64,000 bases of DNA from an uncultured Candidatus Berkelbacteria bacterium (GTDB lineage: Bacteria > Patescibacteriota > UBA1384 > UBA12157 > JAENIV01): assembly GCA_963698075.1 (NCBI GenBank), contig OY969116.1, positions 670,131 to 734,130 of the forward strand, in the 5' to 3' direction. Each line of letters opens with the position of its first letter. Position 1 is the first letter of the stretch. The translations under genes and the position numbers were made by a program. Below, piece after piece: positions 38,075-48,217 of the stretch. Below the pieces are notes generated by a model. That model saw only the letters and a program-made list of their open reading frames with translations, had not been told where the DNA came from and ran no database searches.

Positions 38075-39404
38075 AAATTTTAATTAATTTTTCGGTAACT
38101 ACTTTTTGACTATGATATTGAGATATCCATTTTTGAGATTTTCGTCCGTATCTCGAGGCTACTTTTCGGTTATTGACTAATTTGGCTAAATTGGTAGCGA
38201 TTTCCTCACTCGTTTTTGCCAAAATTACCGGCGGCATTTCTTTAAAAGCCCATTGGTATAAATCTTTATCAAACCACATCATCAGCGGTTTAGCTGCTGC
38301 CATTGCCTCCGCGGCGACCGTGCCAAAATAACCTTTGAATTGATCCAAAATAACCTCAGAATTTTTGTAATGTTCAACCAGTAAATTCTTTTTTAAGGGC
38401 GGAGTCCAGATAACCTTTTGAGCAATTTTTAATTTATTTATCAAGCGCTTGCTTTTTCTAACCTCTTGGCCCCATTGGCAAAGAATCAGTTTAGCTTGAA
38501 GGTGAGGCTTGTTTTTAATAAAACGATTGAAACCCTTGATAACCAAGTCATTACCCTTAATCTGCCAATTCTGTCTCGACGGCGAAAAAAATAAAATTTT
38601 TGCTTGATATTTCTTTTTTAGATTTAAACGCGGTTGATAATTAAAAATTTTTTGTTCATCCAAGGGATGAGCGAGATAAGTAAAATTTTCCAGTCCCATT
38701 TTTTTGGCGCCTAAAATGTTATCGGGGTTGGTGATAATCACCTTATCGGCCAAACGATAAGCTAGGGCTGTCAGGCGTCCTTGCGGATTGTTTTCAAAAG
38801 GGGTGTCTCGAATGGTCCCAATTTCAAAAGCAATATATGGTCTTTGACCAGCCAAAAGAGCGTAAATTGGTTCAATCCCATAGCTCTGAATTAGATCGTA
38901 ATTAGAAAAAATTTTTTTCAGCAGCCTGACATGGGGAACATAGGGGATAATATCTTCCATCATTAATCTATCTTTTCTTTTTGGAAATATCCGTCTGAAT
39001 TTAACAATTAGTTTTTTAAAATAACGATATTCTTTATAGGTCAGAGATCCATGATAAGGATTAAGATACTTAATCGTCCCGGGCCAGTAAGAGTTGATTT
39101 TAGCAACGATTTTATTGAGATTCAACCAGTCAAATTTTTTTTTATAACTATATTTTTCGGCAATCTTCTCTAACGGACCATCCATATACCACGATGGACG
39201 ACTAAATTTTTTTAAATTTCTTCGGTCATCAATTTCCCACCATTCAGGTGTCGACATAAAATGGTAAAAATCACGGGAAATAACGTCGGCCTGAATGCCT
39301 TTTTCACGCAAGAATTTGGCATTAAGATAGGCATTATTGGCAATATTACCGATATGAAGGACTCTAAATTTTTTCTTTTGGTAATTTGTTATCAATTTCA
39401 TCAA
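38061..39404 (-). CDS. Glycosyltransferase (GT-B), tandem paralog 1
   Basis: VLHIGNIANNAY, PEW, RLTALAY, KGND, DQF...EAMAAAKP. Confidence 0.85.
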   Translation of the reverse strand: MMKLITNYQKKKFRVLHIGNIANNAYLNAKFLREKGIQADVISRDFYHFMSTPEWWEIDDRRNLKKFSRPSWYMDGPLEKIAEKYSYKKKFDWLNLNKIVAKINSYWPGTIKYLNPYHGSLTYKEYRYFKKLIVKFRRIFPKRKDRLMMEDIIPYVPHVRLLKKIFSNYDLIQSYGIEPIYALLAGQRPYIAFEIGTIRDTPFENNPQGRLTALAYRLADKVIITNPDNILGAKKMGLENFTYLAHPLDEQKIFNYQPRLNLKKKYQAKILFFSPSRQNWQIKGNDLVIKGFNRFIKNKPHLQAKLILCQWGQEVRKSKRLINKLKIAQKVIWTPPLKKNLLVEHYKNSEVILDQFKGYFGTVAAEAMAAAKPLMMWFDKDLYQWAFKEMPPVILAKTSEEIATNLAKLVNNRKVASRYGRKSQKWISQYHSQKVVTEKLIKIYDKL

Positions 39405-40278
39405 TTAATTTGTTTAACTTTCTAATAAAACTTAAGTTTGGTTTATTCTCGTTTTCTCTTAGATCTTCTAAGTATTTTTTAACATATTCTAAGGCCTCTT
39501 TTTTGCCATAGCCGTCTTTTTGCGCCAGGTAGAAAATCTGAACCCCTTTATAATTTTTTAAGGTTTTGTCTAAGTCGCGCAATTTCATTTGGATGGCGCG
39601 ATCATTATATTTTTTGAGATATTCTGAAAAAGTATACTTTGATTCAATTTTTTTGATCACAAAATATTTTGAGATAAGATTAGCTAAATTGTCAATTTTA
39701 AAAGATGTGTGATATTGATGAATTTTAGGTTCGACTTGGGCCTTGATCTTTAATCTTCGATTAATCATGTGAACCAAAGCCATCACGCTCCCGGTGAGCC
39801 AGCCCTGGTGGCTCAGATATTGATCTTGCTGCGGCTCGCGTCCGACGATCAGTCCATAAGGTTTGATCACGCGTCGGAGTTCAGCCAGGATGGGGTCGAT
39901 GGCCGTTTGCGGCAGATGATGCAGGACACTTGAACAAATTACAACCTTAAATTCTTCATTTTTAAAAGGTAGTTTGCGGCCATCAAGGATCCAAAAATTG
40001 CCTTTTGGAAATTTCTTTTTCGCTTCCTTAATCATTTTGGGAGAGATATCCGCCCCCACGAAAATTACTTTTTTAATCTTGGCGAACTGGTCCCACAAAA
40101 TTGCTGGACCGCAACCAAAATCAAGGACCTTATCACCTTCTTGTAATTGACCTTTGAAAAAATTAAAAAAATCTCTTATTTGGACTTTTTCCCAAAAAGT
40201 CGAGTAATATAGCTTATCATAAAGTGGCGCGATTTTATCTTCATATTCGATTTCATCTTTTTTGTAATCTTTGTACAT
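39364..40278 (-). CDS. Class I SAM-dependent methyltransferase (candidate chain-capping enzyme)
   Basis: LDFGCG, DISPKM, VLHH, RVIKP; directly downstream of wzt. Confidence 0.88.
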   Translation of the reverse strand: MYKDYKKDEIEYEDKIAPLYDKLYYSTFWEKVQIRDFFNFFKGQLQEGDKVLDFGCGPAILWDQFAKIKKVIFVGADISPKMIKEAKKKFPKGNFWILDGRKLPFKNEEFKVVICSSVLHHLPQTAIDPILAELRRVIKPYGLIVGREPQQDQYLSHQGWLTGSVMALVHMINRRLKIKAQVEPKIHQYHTSFKIDNLANLISKYFVIKKIESKYTFSEYLKKYNDRAIQMKLRDLDKTLKNYKGVQIFYLAQKDGYGKKEALEYVKKYLEDLRENENKPNLSFIRKLNKLIDEIDNKLPKEKI

Positions 40279-40283
40279 GTTAA

Positions 40284-41543
40284 TTAATCAAGTTGGTGAT
40301 TAAAAGTCACTTCTTGATCAAACACAGTAATTAATGGTCGTTTTTTTCTAATCACCTGCATCTTGTAAGCGCGGTCGTGCAAAGAATATGGCTCGTTATG
40401 AAAAGCAGAGCCTTCTTTAGTTTTCTTCGGAAAAAAACCGATCGTTAAATAAAAATCTCCATCGCCAAGTAAAAGCGCTGGCCAAGTTATTTCGACAAAT
40501 CCCTTACCGTTAAGCTTTCCAAGATCGATCGCCTTATGAAAGGTTTCCTCTTCACCAGAGAAAAAACTGGTCGCATAAACACCATCACCTTTAGTTATTA
40601 AACAATAGACACCAGGGCTTTGAATCGGTCTAGGCGTCTGATAAGAAATTTTGACAGTTAGAGATTCGCCCTGCCAATATGAATATTTTTCAACCCCATC
40701 TTTATCGAGTAGTTTAACGTCGGTTATTTTTAACGGTCCAGAGCCAATGATTTTCTTCGTTTCTTTAGTTTTTCCAATCGTTTTGTTTTCAATTTTGAGT
40801 CTTTTGTTAACCTCTTGCATGACGCCCAATTCATATTCTTGACAGATTTCAACCGGGTCACCATCAGCTTTGATTTTACCTTTCTCGATCCAAATTGCCC
40901 GATTGCAGAGCCGTTGGACCAAAAAAGTGTTATGAGAGACAAAAAGAACAGTCGCTCCGCTCTGGCAAAGTTCAGTGATCCTTTTTATGCATTTATTGAT
41001 GAAAAAACTGTCACCGGCGGCAAGGGCTTCATCGATAATTAAAATTTGTGGCTCGATTGCCGTTGCGACTGAAAAAGTCAATCTTGTTTTCATTCCGTCA
41101 GAATAAGTTTTTAATGGTCGATCAATAAATTCTTCCAATTCGGAAAACTCAATAATTGATTGGATTTTGCGATCAATCTCTTTTTTAGACATTCCCAAAA
41201 CCATTCCACCGTTATAGATATTTTCTCGACCAGTATATTCCGGATGAAAACCAGTCCCCAATTCCAAGATGGCGGAGACTTTTCCGTTGACTTTAATCTT
41301 GCCGGAAGTTTTATCTAAAGTTCCTGACAGAATTTTAAGCAAAGTTGATTTTCCGGCGCCATTTCTACCGATTACCCCAACAACTTCACCCTTATTAATG
41401 GTGATATTAATATTTCTTAGGGCTCGAAACTCTTCGTGGAATTTTTTTCTAAATATAACTTCTTTTAAAAGATCTTTCGGTTCTCGATAGATCTTATATA
41501 CTTTTGACAAATTTTTAATCTCGATCGTGATATTACTTTTCAT
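40284..41543 (-). CDS. wzt: Polysaccharide ABC transporter ATPase with C-terminal carbohydrate-binding domain
   Basis: GRNGAGKST, LELGTGF, YSDGM, IDEAL, VSH, ~170-aa C-terminal beta domain. Confidence 0.93.
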   Translation of the reverse strand: MKSNITIEIKNLSKVYKIYREPKDLLKEVIFRKKFHEEFRALRNINITINKGEVVGVIGRNGAGKSTLLKILSGTLDKTSGKIKVNGKVSAILELGTGFHPEYTGRENIYNGGMVLGMSKKEIDRKIQSIIEFSELEEFIDRPLKTYSDGMKTRLTFSVATAIEPQILIIDEALAAGDSFFINKCIKRITELCQSGATVLFVSHNTFLVQRLCNRAIWIEKGKIKADGDPVEICQEYELGVMQEVNKRLKIENKTIGKTKETKKIIGSGPLKITDVKLLDKDGVEKYSYWQGESLTVKISYQTPRPIQSPGVYCLITKGDGVYATSFFSGEEETFHKAIDLGKLNGKGFVEITWPALLLGDGDFYLTIGFFPKKTKEGSAFHNEPYSLHDRAYKMQVIRKKRPLITVFDQEVTFNHQLD

Positions 41544-41618
41544 GATTTTTACAAAACATTAGAAAAATGGTTTTAAAATTCTTGACTCCGATAGTATTGT
41601 CTTTAGTATTGTCTTTGT

Positions 41619-42497
41619 TCATAACGATTTACAAATTTCTTTTATCGGCTGGATATTGATCTCCTTCTTCTGGAGACTGTCCCAGCCATATTTTCGATCT
41701 GTCCAATTATCTCCAATTTTATACCAATAACTAATGCGATCGGTGTTAAAATAAGCCGTCGAATTACTTTTAATACATTTTTCTTTTGGCAAATATCCAA
41801 AATTTGGCTCAAGCGTTAAGAGATAATAATCATCATATAAATTTGGATAATTATCAATATAGTAGGGATATAAGTTCAGTTCTGAAACTGAAGGCCAGTG
41901 TTGGCCAGCAAGAATTATTGGATAATCTATAAGGTCGGCATCAATGATATGCCAATGGTTATTCCAATAAACCCCAGCAACGATGTGAGATGCTAATCCG
42001 ACCAGACGGGCTTGGTAACCATTAGCAAGTGCAATATCAACAATAAGACGGGCAATATGCCCACATCTGCCGGAGCCGATTTCCAGCAAAACAACAGGGT
42101 CAGAAACCACCGAACCATCTTCATAAAGGGGTTGTTGAAAGTTGTGGTTATACATCGTTAAATGAACCTGACGGATTATGTTTTCCCATTTTAATTCCTC
42201 ACTCTGAAAGGGGAAACTTGCTTCCCAAAAAAGTTTTCTTAAAACCGGCTGGCGAGAAACTCCGTAAAGTTCATTCTCAATACCATGAATTACTTGAAAA
42301 TCTATTGCATCTTTAGGATATTCGCCGTATTGGCTTTTCTCAAACATTTTCTCGGGTGTCTGCCAAGTTTTTGCCTTCTCTTGATATTTTGTCCACGAGG
42401 CTGTTTTAAGATATTCGGAAGTTTTAGCATCTAAATCCTGAGGAAAATAAATCAATGAATTTAATACCCAAATTATTAGAAGAATTTTGGCAGTCAT
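41619..42497 (-). CDS. Exported transglutaminase/papain-like protein (WbmE-like)
   Basis: N-terminal hydrophobic segment; GRCGH, SHIV, WHIIDAD give a Cys-His-Asp triad. Confidence 0.7.
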   Translation of the reverse strand: MTAKILLIIWVLNSLIYFPQDLDAKTSEYLKTASWTKYQEKAKTWQTPEKMFEKSQYGEYPKDAIDFQVIHGIENELYGVSRQPVLRKLFWEASFPFQSEELKWENIIRQVHLTMYNHNFQQPLYEDGSVVSDPVVLLEIGSGRCGHIARLIVDIALANGYQARLVGLASHIVAGVYWNNHWHIIDADLIDYPIILAGQHWPSVSELNLYPYYIDNYPNLYDDYYLLTLEPNFGYLPKEKCIKSNSTAYFNTDRISYWYKIGDNWTDRKYGWDSLQKKEINIQPIKEICKSL

Positions 42498-42505
42498 TAT
42501 TCCCC

Positions 42506-43303
42506 TTATAAAACATTGGCAAAAAATGGTTTAACTTTTCGGAAAAACTTAAAGCCAAGAATAAAAATAATTATTGACAAACTTACAAAAATAACAAAAC
42601 TCCAGGGATGATTGATCCGGCCATAAATTAAGACATCCCGGTACATATTAATAAGATGGGTCATCGGATTAAGTAAGAAAGGCCAACGAAAGGCCGAAGG
42701 AATCGAATTTTCAAGATAGAGCACCGGTGTGACAAACATCCCGATTAAAAGAATAATAGTCACGATTTCTTTCAGATCGCGCAAATAAACTGCCAGGGCC
42801 GCCAAAATCCAACCAAGGCCAACAGAAAAAATAAAATGAATGAGGATGATTAAGGGCAAAAGGGCATAGGTCCAACTAAGATGGTTGGGCAAGGCCAAGA
42901 TAACAATAATGACAAAAATGGTAAGACCAATAAACAGAGTCAGGAAGCTAGTCAAAATACCATTAATTGGTAAAATATCGATGGGGAAAATTACCTGTTT
43001 GACTAAATTGGCATTGCTGACAATGGAATTGGTGCTTTTTACTAATCCTTCTTGCATCACAATCCAAGGTATCAGCCCGGCAATGGCATAAAGAGCGTAT
43101 TCTAGGGGAGTGGCGCCTTGGCCGATTCTCACTTGAAAAATAAAAGTAAAAATGAGAGTATAAATTCCTACCAAGAAAAGTGGGTAAAAAAGAGCCCAAA
43201 ATAATCCCAAGGCCGAACCGGCGTATCGGTCAGTCAATTCTTTGTAGGACATTCTCATGATGAGAGCTCGGTTTTTCCAAAAAATTTCGAAAACTTTCGG
43301 CAA
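42506..43303 (-). CDS. wzm: Polysaccharide ABC transporter permease
   Basis: RYAGSALG.FW...P, YLRD, TPVLY, LNP. Confidence 0.93.
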   Translation of the reverse strand: MPKVFEIFWKNRALIMRMSYKELTDRYAGSALGLFWALFYPLFLVGIYTLIFTFIFQVRIGQGATPLEYALYAIAGLIPWIVMQEGLVKSTNSIVSNANLVKQVIFPIDILPINGILTSFLTLFIGLTIFVIIVILALPNHLSWTYALLPLIILIHFIFSVGLGWILAALAVYLRDLKEIVTIILLIGMFVTPVLYLENSIPSAFRWPFLLNPMTHLINMYRDVLIYGRINHPWSFVIFVSLSIIIFILGFKFFRKVKPFFANVL

Positions 43304-43366
43304 AGTATTTTCTCCTTAGCTTCTCATATTATCATAAAAACTAAATAAGTTTAATTTGTCAATCCA

Positions 43367-44419
43367 ATGAGTTTCTGTTTTAATAAGAGAATTCTTCATT
43401 GCCCTTATAATTTCGCCAATAATTGGTGGATTCTTTCTCGAGCGGAGCGAAAGTTAGGAATAAAAAGTGATCTTGCTGTATTTGATTGCCATTATTTTTA
43501 CCCGAATTTCGATTTAAATCTGAAAATACCTGGTGTGAGCGTTCCAAATGAGGTAAAACGATGGTGGTTTTTTCGTAAAGCTTTAAAGGAATATGATGTC
43601 TTTCACTTTAATTTCGGCCATTCTATTATCGACTATCCTTACATGAACTTAAATTTTCTTGATTTTCCCATTTTAAAAAGAATGAAAAAAAAGATCGTTA
43701 TCAGTTTTCAGGGTAATGATGCCAGACAGAAAGATATTTATATGAAAAAGTTCGGTCAGAAAGAGATTTTCGCACCATATACTTTATCTGATAAATATTA
43801 TGATTATATTAAAAGAAACCGAATAAAAAAAATTGCCAAATATGCTGATTTTATTTTTGCACTAAACCCAGATATTATGCATGTTCTCCCAAGGAAAACT
43901 CAGTTTTTACCATATGCTGTAAATGATTTTGCGAATAAAACAATTAAAAAAAAACAGAGTCGGAAAATTACAATTGTTCACGCGCCCTCAGACCGCCGAA
44001 TTAAAGGTACAGCTATCGTTGTTCAGATTGTCGAGAAATTGGCAAAAAAATACCCGATCGATTTTAAACTTGTTGAAAATGTCATACATGCTAAAGCCAT
44101 GAAAATTTATAGTCAGGCAGATATTGCTGTTGACCAGCTTTATCTTGGCTGGTATGGAGGGTTCGCGGCTGAATTAATGATGCAAGGCGTGCCTACAGTT
44201 TCTTATTTACGTGAAGAAGATTTGGAGAAATTTATTCCATTTCGAAAAGAGATTCCAATCGTCAATGCCAATCCAGATAATTTATCGGAAGTTTTAGTTA
44301 ATTTGATTGAGAACCCTTCCTTAAGAAAAAAAATTGGATATTTGTCTAAACTTTATGCCCGGAAATATCACGCCCCCATAAAAATTGCTCGAAAAATGCA
44401 AAAAATTTATTCAGAGTAG
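43367..44419 (+). CDS. Glycosyltransferase (GT-B)
   Basis: HAPS...KG, ADIAVDQL..GWYG, PIVNANP. Confidence 0.85.
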   Translation: MSFCFNKRILHCPYNFANNWWILSRAERKLGIKSDLAVFDCHYFYPNFDLNLKIPGVSVPNEVKRWWFFRKALKEYDVFHFNFGHSIIDYPYMNLNFLDFPILKRMKKKIVISFQGNDARQKDIYMKKFGQKEIFAPYTLSDKYYDYIKRNRIKKIAKYADFIFALNPDIMHVLPRKTQFLPYAVNDFANKTIKKKQSRKITIVHAPSDRRIKGTAIVVQIVEKLAKKYPIDFKLVENVIHAKAMKIYSQADIAVDQLYLGWYGGFAAELMMQGVPTVSYLREEDLEKFIPFRKEIPIVNANPDNLSEVLVNLIENPSLRKKIGYLSKLYARKYHAPIKIARKMQKIYSE

Positions 44420-44429
44420 GATAAATTAA

Positions 44430-45623
44430 ATGGCCAAATTAAAAATAGTGATGATGGTGACTAACCAGGTATCAAACGACCCAAGAGTGGTTCGAGAAGC
44501 AAGGACCTTGCAAAAGATCGCTGAAGTTGTGGTTTTAGGTTATTATCGATCAATTTTACGTTCGACGCATTACAAGGGTAAAGAAAAAATAAATAATTTT
44601 TTAGTCATCCGTGCTCAAGATAAAGATTGGTTTCGGTCAGGTTTCCGACTTGTTTTTTTATTGAATATTTTTCGCTACTATCTGCAAATGAATCGTTTCT
44701 TTATTACAGAGACAGTTAAGCTGAATCCGGATGTGATTCATTGCCATGATCTTGATACGTTATTAGCCGGTTATTTGGCCAAAAAAAAATTGCAGTCTCA
44801 AAAATCTATCAAGTTGGTTTACGATTTACATGAGATTTGGACCGAACAAGGTTTGTATTTACCGAAATTCGCGTTTTGGTTTTTCCGAAAAGTCGAAAAA
44901 ATTCTCTTAAGGAAAATTGATGTTTTAATTTCTGTAAACAAATCTCTTATTGATGAGGTAGCAAAAATTTATCATCATCGGTTTAATTATCCGACGCTAG
45001 CGCTTTACAACTTGCCTTTATTGATAAAGTTCAAAAAAATCGATAATTTTTCTCAATTCCGACCCAAAAAAATTGTCTATTATCACGGCGGCTATATGAA
45101 AAATCGTGGTCTAGAGGAACTGATTCTTGCTGGGAAGCACTTGGATAAATCGGCGATAATTTTATTGCGAATGGTTGCCTCCGAAGAAAATAAGCGGGAA
45201 CTTGTCGACTTAATTGAAGCAAATAATCTTAAAGATAGAGTTTTTTTGATTGATCCCGTTAGAATGGAAAAAACGATTGAAAAGTCTTTTGGTGCCGATA
45301 TTGGTGTAATTCCTTACATTCCAGTTAATGTTAACAATAAATATTCAGCGCCGAATAAACTGTTTGAGTACCCAATGGCGGGAATGGCCCTGGCAACTTC
45401 AGATTTGGTTGAATTTAGAAAAATTTTTAGAAAATATCAAAATGGGGTGACCTTTAATCCCAAAAAACCTAAAAGCATTGCCCAAACAATTAACCGCTTG
45501 TTTAGAAATCCTTCGCTTCTTGAGAAGATGAAGCAAAATTCACTTTTACAGGCAAAGGACTGTAATTGGCAAAAAGAAGAAAAAAAATTATTAAAATTAT
45601 ATCAATATCTATCGGGAGATTGA
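44430..45623 (+). CDS. Glycosyltransferase family 4
   Basis: DPRV..EA, HCHDLDTL, YDLHE, RGLE, PNKLFEY. Confidence 0.9.
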   Translation: MAKLKIVMMVTNQVSNDPRVVREARTLQKIAEVVVLGYYRSILRSTHYKGKEKINNFLVIRAQDKDWFRSGFRLVFLLNIFRYYLQMNRFFITETVKLNPDVIHCHDLDTLLAGYLAKKKLQSQKSIKLVYDLHEIWTEQGLYLPKFAFWFFRKVEKILLRKIDVLISVNKSLIDEVAKIYHHRFNYPTLALYNLPLLIKFKKIDNFSQFRPKKIVYYHGGYMKNRGLEELILAGKHLDKSAIILLRMVASEENKRELVDLIEANNLKDRVFLIDPVRMEKTIEKSFGADIGVIPYIPVNVNNKYSAPNKLFEYPMAGMALATSDLVEFRKIFRKYQNGVTFNPKKPKSIAQTINRLFRNPSLLEKMKQNSLLQAKDCNWQKEEKKLLKLYQYLSGD

Positions 45624-45631
45624 TTTTAATT

Positions 45632-47542
45632 ATGTGCGGAATCACGGGAATAATTAATTTAAATAAGAAATTAATTGATAAAAAAGTTCTGAAAGATATG
45701 ACCAGGATGCTTTCTCATCGCGGACCGGACGATGAGGGTTATTTTATTGGTCCGTCGCAGGCTAAAAACATCGGTTTAGGTCATCGGCGGCTTTCAATTT
45801 TAGATCTTTCGCCGCTTGGTCATCAGCCGATGTTTTACGATAACAAAAATCTCGTGATTGTTTTCAATGGCGAAATCTATAATTATTTGGAAATTCGTCA
45901 AGAACTATCAAGACTCGGTTATAAATTTAGATCTCAATCTGATACCGAGGTAATTTTAGCCGCCTATCAAGAATGGGGGATAGAATGTCTCAAGCGTTTT
46001 AATGGCATGTGGGCTTTTATTCTTTATGACAAGAAAAAAAATGAAGTCTTTGTGGCTCGTGATCGTTTGGGAGTTAAACCAGTTTACTACTCTGTCGATA
46101 AAAAGAGAATATTAATTGCCTCGGAGATTAAAGCAATTTTAGCCCACCCAGAAATAAAAGCCAAGCCCAACAAAGAAATCATTTGGGACTATCTCGTCAC
46201 CGGCTGGCTTGATCATTCAGAAGAAACTTTTTTTGAAAATATCCTAGAATTGCGCGGTGGCAATTATATGGTTATTAGAAATCAGAAATTAGAAATTAAA
46301 AAATACTGGGACTTAAAAATTCAGAAAATATCTCAAAATAAACAGGCTAATATCGAACAATTCCAAAATTTATTTATGGATTCGGTAAGGTTAAGATTGC
46401 GTTCTGATGTTCCGATTGGGACTTGTCTTTCTGGCGGGCTGGACTCTTCCGCGATTGTTATGGCAATTAATAGATATCTCAAACAGGGAGAGTTAGAGCA
46501 AATCGGCCAATGGCAGAAGACTTTTTCCGCCATTTACGGTCTCCATTTCCCCGAAGTCGACGAAGCCAAATATATTCGCGAAATTACTAAAAAAACTCAA
46601 GCCAAACCCTATTTTGTCAAGCCTTCCGGAAAAAATTTAGCTCTAGAGATAACCAAACTGGTTTATCATCAAGATCAACCTTTCAGCACGACCAGTATCT
46701 ATGCTCAATGGAATGTTTTCCGCCTAGCCGCTAAAAAAAACATGAAAGTCATGCTTGACGGTCAGGGCGCGGATGAATTGCTGGCTGGCTACACCGGTTA
46801 TTTTGGCATTTATTTTATTGATCTTTTAAGAAGAAGAAAAATAGGGCTGTTTTTCAGGGAACTTTTTTGGTTTGCTCGGCTTCATCCGCCTTTTTGGAAA
46901 AATATGTTGTCAATCCTCAACCGAGCTCTGCGGGCTGGCTGGTTGGGTCAAAAAGCGACCAATTTTTTTCAATCTTCTAATCCTAGCTATCAAGTTTTTG
47001 AAAAAAAATTTTTAACCAGTTTCTTCCCGCCGAAAAGAAAACCTTTTAGTCAAAATTATTTTCAGAGCGCATTATATAATTCCTTAATGATGAATTTATC
47101 GTCTCTTTTACGCTATGAAGATCGCAATTCCATGGCCTTTGCGATCGAATCGCGGGTGCCCTTTTTAGATTATCGGCTGGTGGAATTTATTTTTTCCGTG
47201 AGATCTGACTTTAAAATCAGAAATGGCCAGACAAAATGGATTATGCGTCAAGCGCTCAAAGGGATTTTACCCGAAAAGATTCGCCTTCGCCAAGATAAAA
47301 TTGGTTTTGCGACTCCGGAAGAGCAATGGCTCAAAAAAGACCTTAAAAAAGAATTGATTAATTGTTTTTCTTCAAAGAGTTTTGCCAGCCGTGGTTTAAT
47401 CAATCCTCAAAAAACCCTCGAATTATATGAGAAATTTTGTGCCGGCCATTTTACTGACAGTCAGCTCTTTTGGCGCTTGTATAATTTGGAAATATGGTTT
47501 AGAGTTTTTATTGATCAATTAGAACGCAATCATGAAATGTGA
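45632..47542 (+). CDS. asnB: Asparagine synthase-like glutamine amidotransferase, second copy
   Basis: MCGI start at 45632, HRGPD, LSGGLDSS, GQGADE, EDRNSMA, RVPFLD. Confidence 0.93.
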   Translation: MCGITGIINLNKKLIDKKVLKDMTRMLSHRGPDDEGYFIGPSQAKNIGLGHRRLSILDLSPLGHQPMFYDNKNLVIVFNGEIYNYLEIRQELSRLGYKFRSQSDTEVILAAYQEWGIECLKRFNGMWAFILYDKKKNEVFVARDRLGVKPVYYSVDKKRILIASEIKAILAHPEIKAKPNKEIIWDYLVTGWLDHSEETFFENILELRGGNYMVIRNQKLEIKKYWDLKIQKISQNKQANIEQFQNLFMDSVRLRLRSDVPIGTCLSGGLDSSAIVMAINRYLKQGELEQIGQWQKTFSAIYGLHFPEVDEAKYIREITKKTQAKPYFVKPSGKNLALEITKLVYHQDQPFSTTSIYAQWNVFRLAAKKNMKVMLDGQGADELLAGYTGYFGIYFIDLLRRRKIGLFFRELFWFARLHPPFWKNMLSILNRALRAGWLGQKATNFFQSSNPSYQVFEKKFLTSFFPPKRKPFSQNYFQSALYNSLMMNLSSLLRYEDRNSMAFAIESRVPFLDYRLVEFIFSVRSDFKIRNGQTKWIMRQALKGILPEKIRLRQDKIGFATPEEQWLKKDLKKELINCFSSKSFASRGLINPQKTLELYEKFCAGHFTDSQLFWRLYNLEIWFRVFIDQLERNHEM

Positions 47543-48215
47543 TTTTTCCTACAATCACTATCGCGGTGTTTTAAAAAAGGCCTTAAGGATGAATTTTGTC
47601 ATTACTAACTTTCGTGATTATCCCCAAGTCCAAAAATCGGCCAAAATCATTATTTTAAGGCATGATATTGATTCTTTCCCCGAGAGAGATTTAAAGATTG
47701 CTCAGATTGAAAATCATTTAAGCATTAAATCAACCTTTTTTGTTCGAGTCCATGGCGAGTATTACTCTCCCTTTGAAAAAAATACCTTCAAAAACTTACA
47801 AGAAATTTTAAAGCTCGGCCATGAAATTGGTTTACATTTTGAGGCTCGTCTCTTAGCACCAGATTGGAAGATGAATAGAATTGAAGTTTTCAAAAGAGAA
47901 AAGAGGGTTCTTGAAGAAATGCTCGGCCTCAAAATTATCTCCGCGGCGGAACATGCTTATCTCGGGCGGCCAGAAAATTTCTGGAAAAATCATTTTTTTA
48001 CTCAGGTTTCAAAAGCGAAAGTGGGCATTAAGAATTATCCCCAAGAAAAAAGATTTCAAAAATTTCATTACTTGTCAGACAGCTTAGGCCACTGGCGAGA
48101 AGGTTGCCTTTGTAAAAATCTGCCAAAATATAATTATTTCCAAGTACTGTTTCACTCAGCTCAATGGGGCAAGGGTGGTGTCAGGGCTGTCAAAAAATTA
48201 TTAAATTTGACTTAA
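47532..48215 (+). CDS. Polysaccharide deacetylase-like protein
   Basis: LRHDID, STFF, GHEIGLH, YLSDS. Confidence 0.7.
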   Translation: MKCDFSYNHYRGVLKKALRMNFVITNFRDYPQVQKSAKIIILRHDIDSFPERDLKIAQIENHLSIKSTFFVRVHGEYYSPFEKNTFKNLQEILKLGHEIGLHFEARLLAPDWKMNRIEVFKREKRVLEEMLGLKIISAAEHAYLGRPENFWKNHFFTQVSKAKVGIKNYPQEKRFQKFHYLSDSLGHWREGCLCKNLPKYNYFQVLFHSAQWGKGGVRAVKKLLNLT

Positions 48216-48217
48216 AA

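Noticed and set aside
27962-47542. asnB genes as amino-acid biosynthesis
   Set aside because: Both are embedded among sugar-modifying genes, so glycan amidation is the better reading
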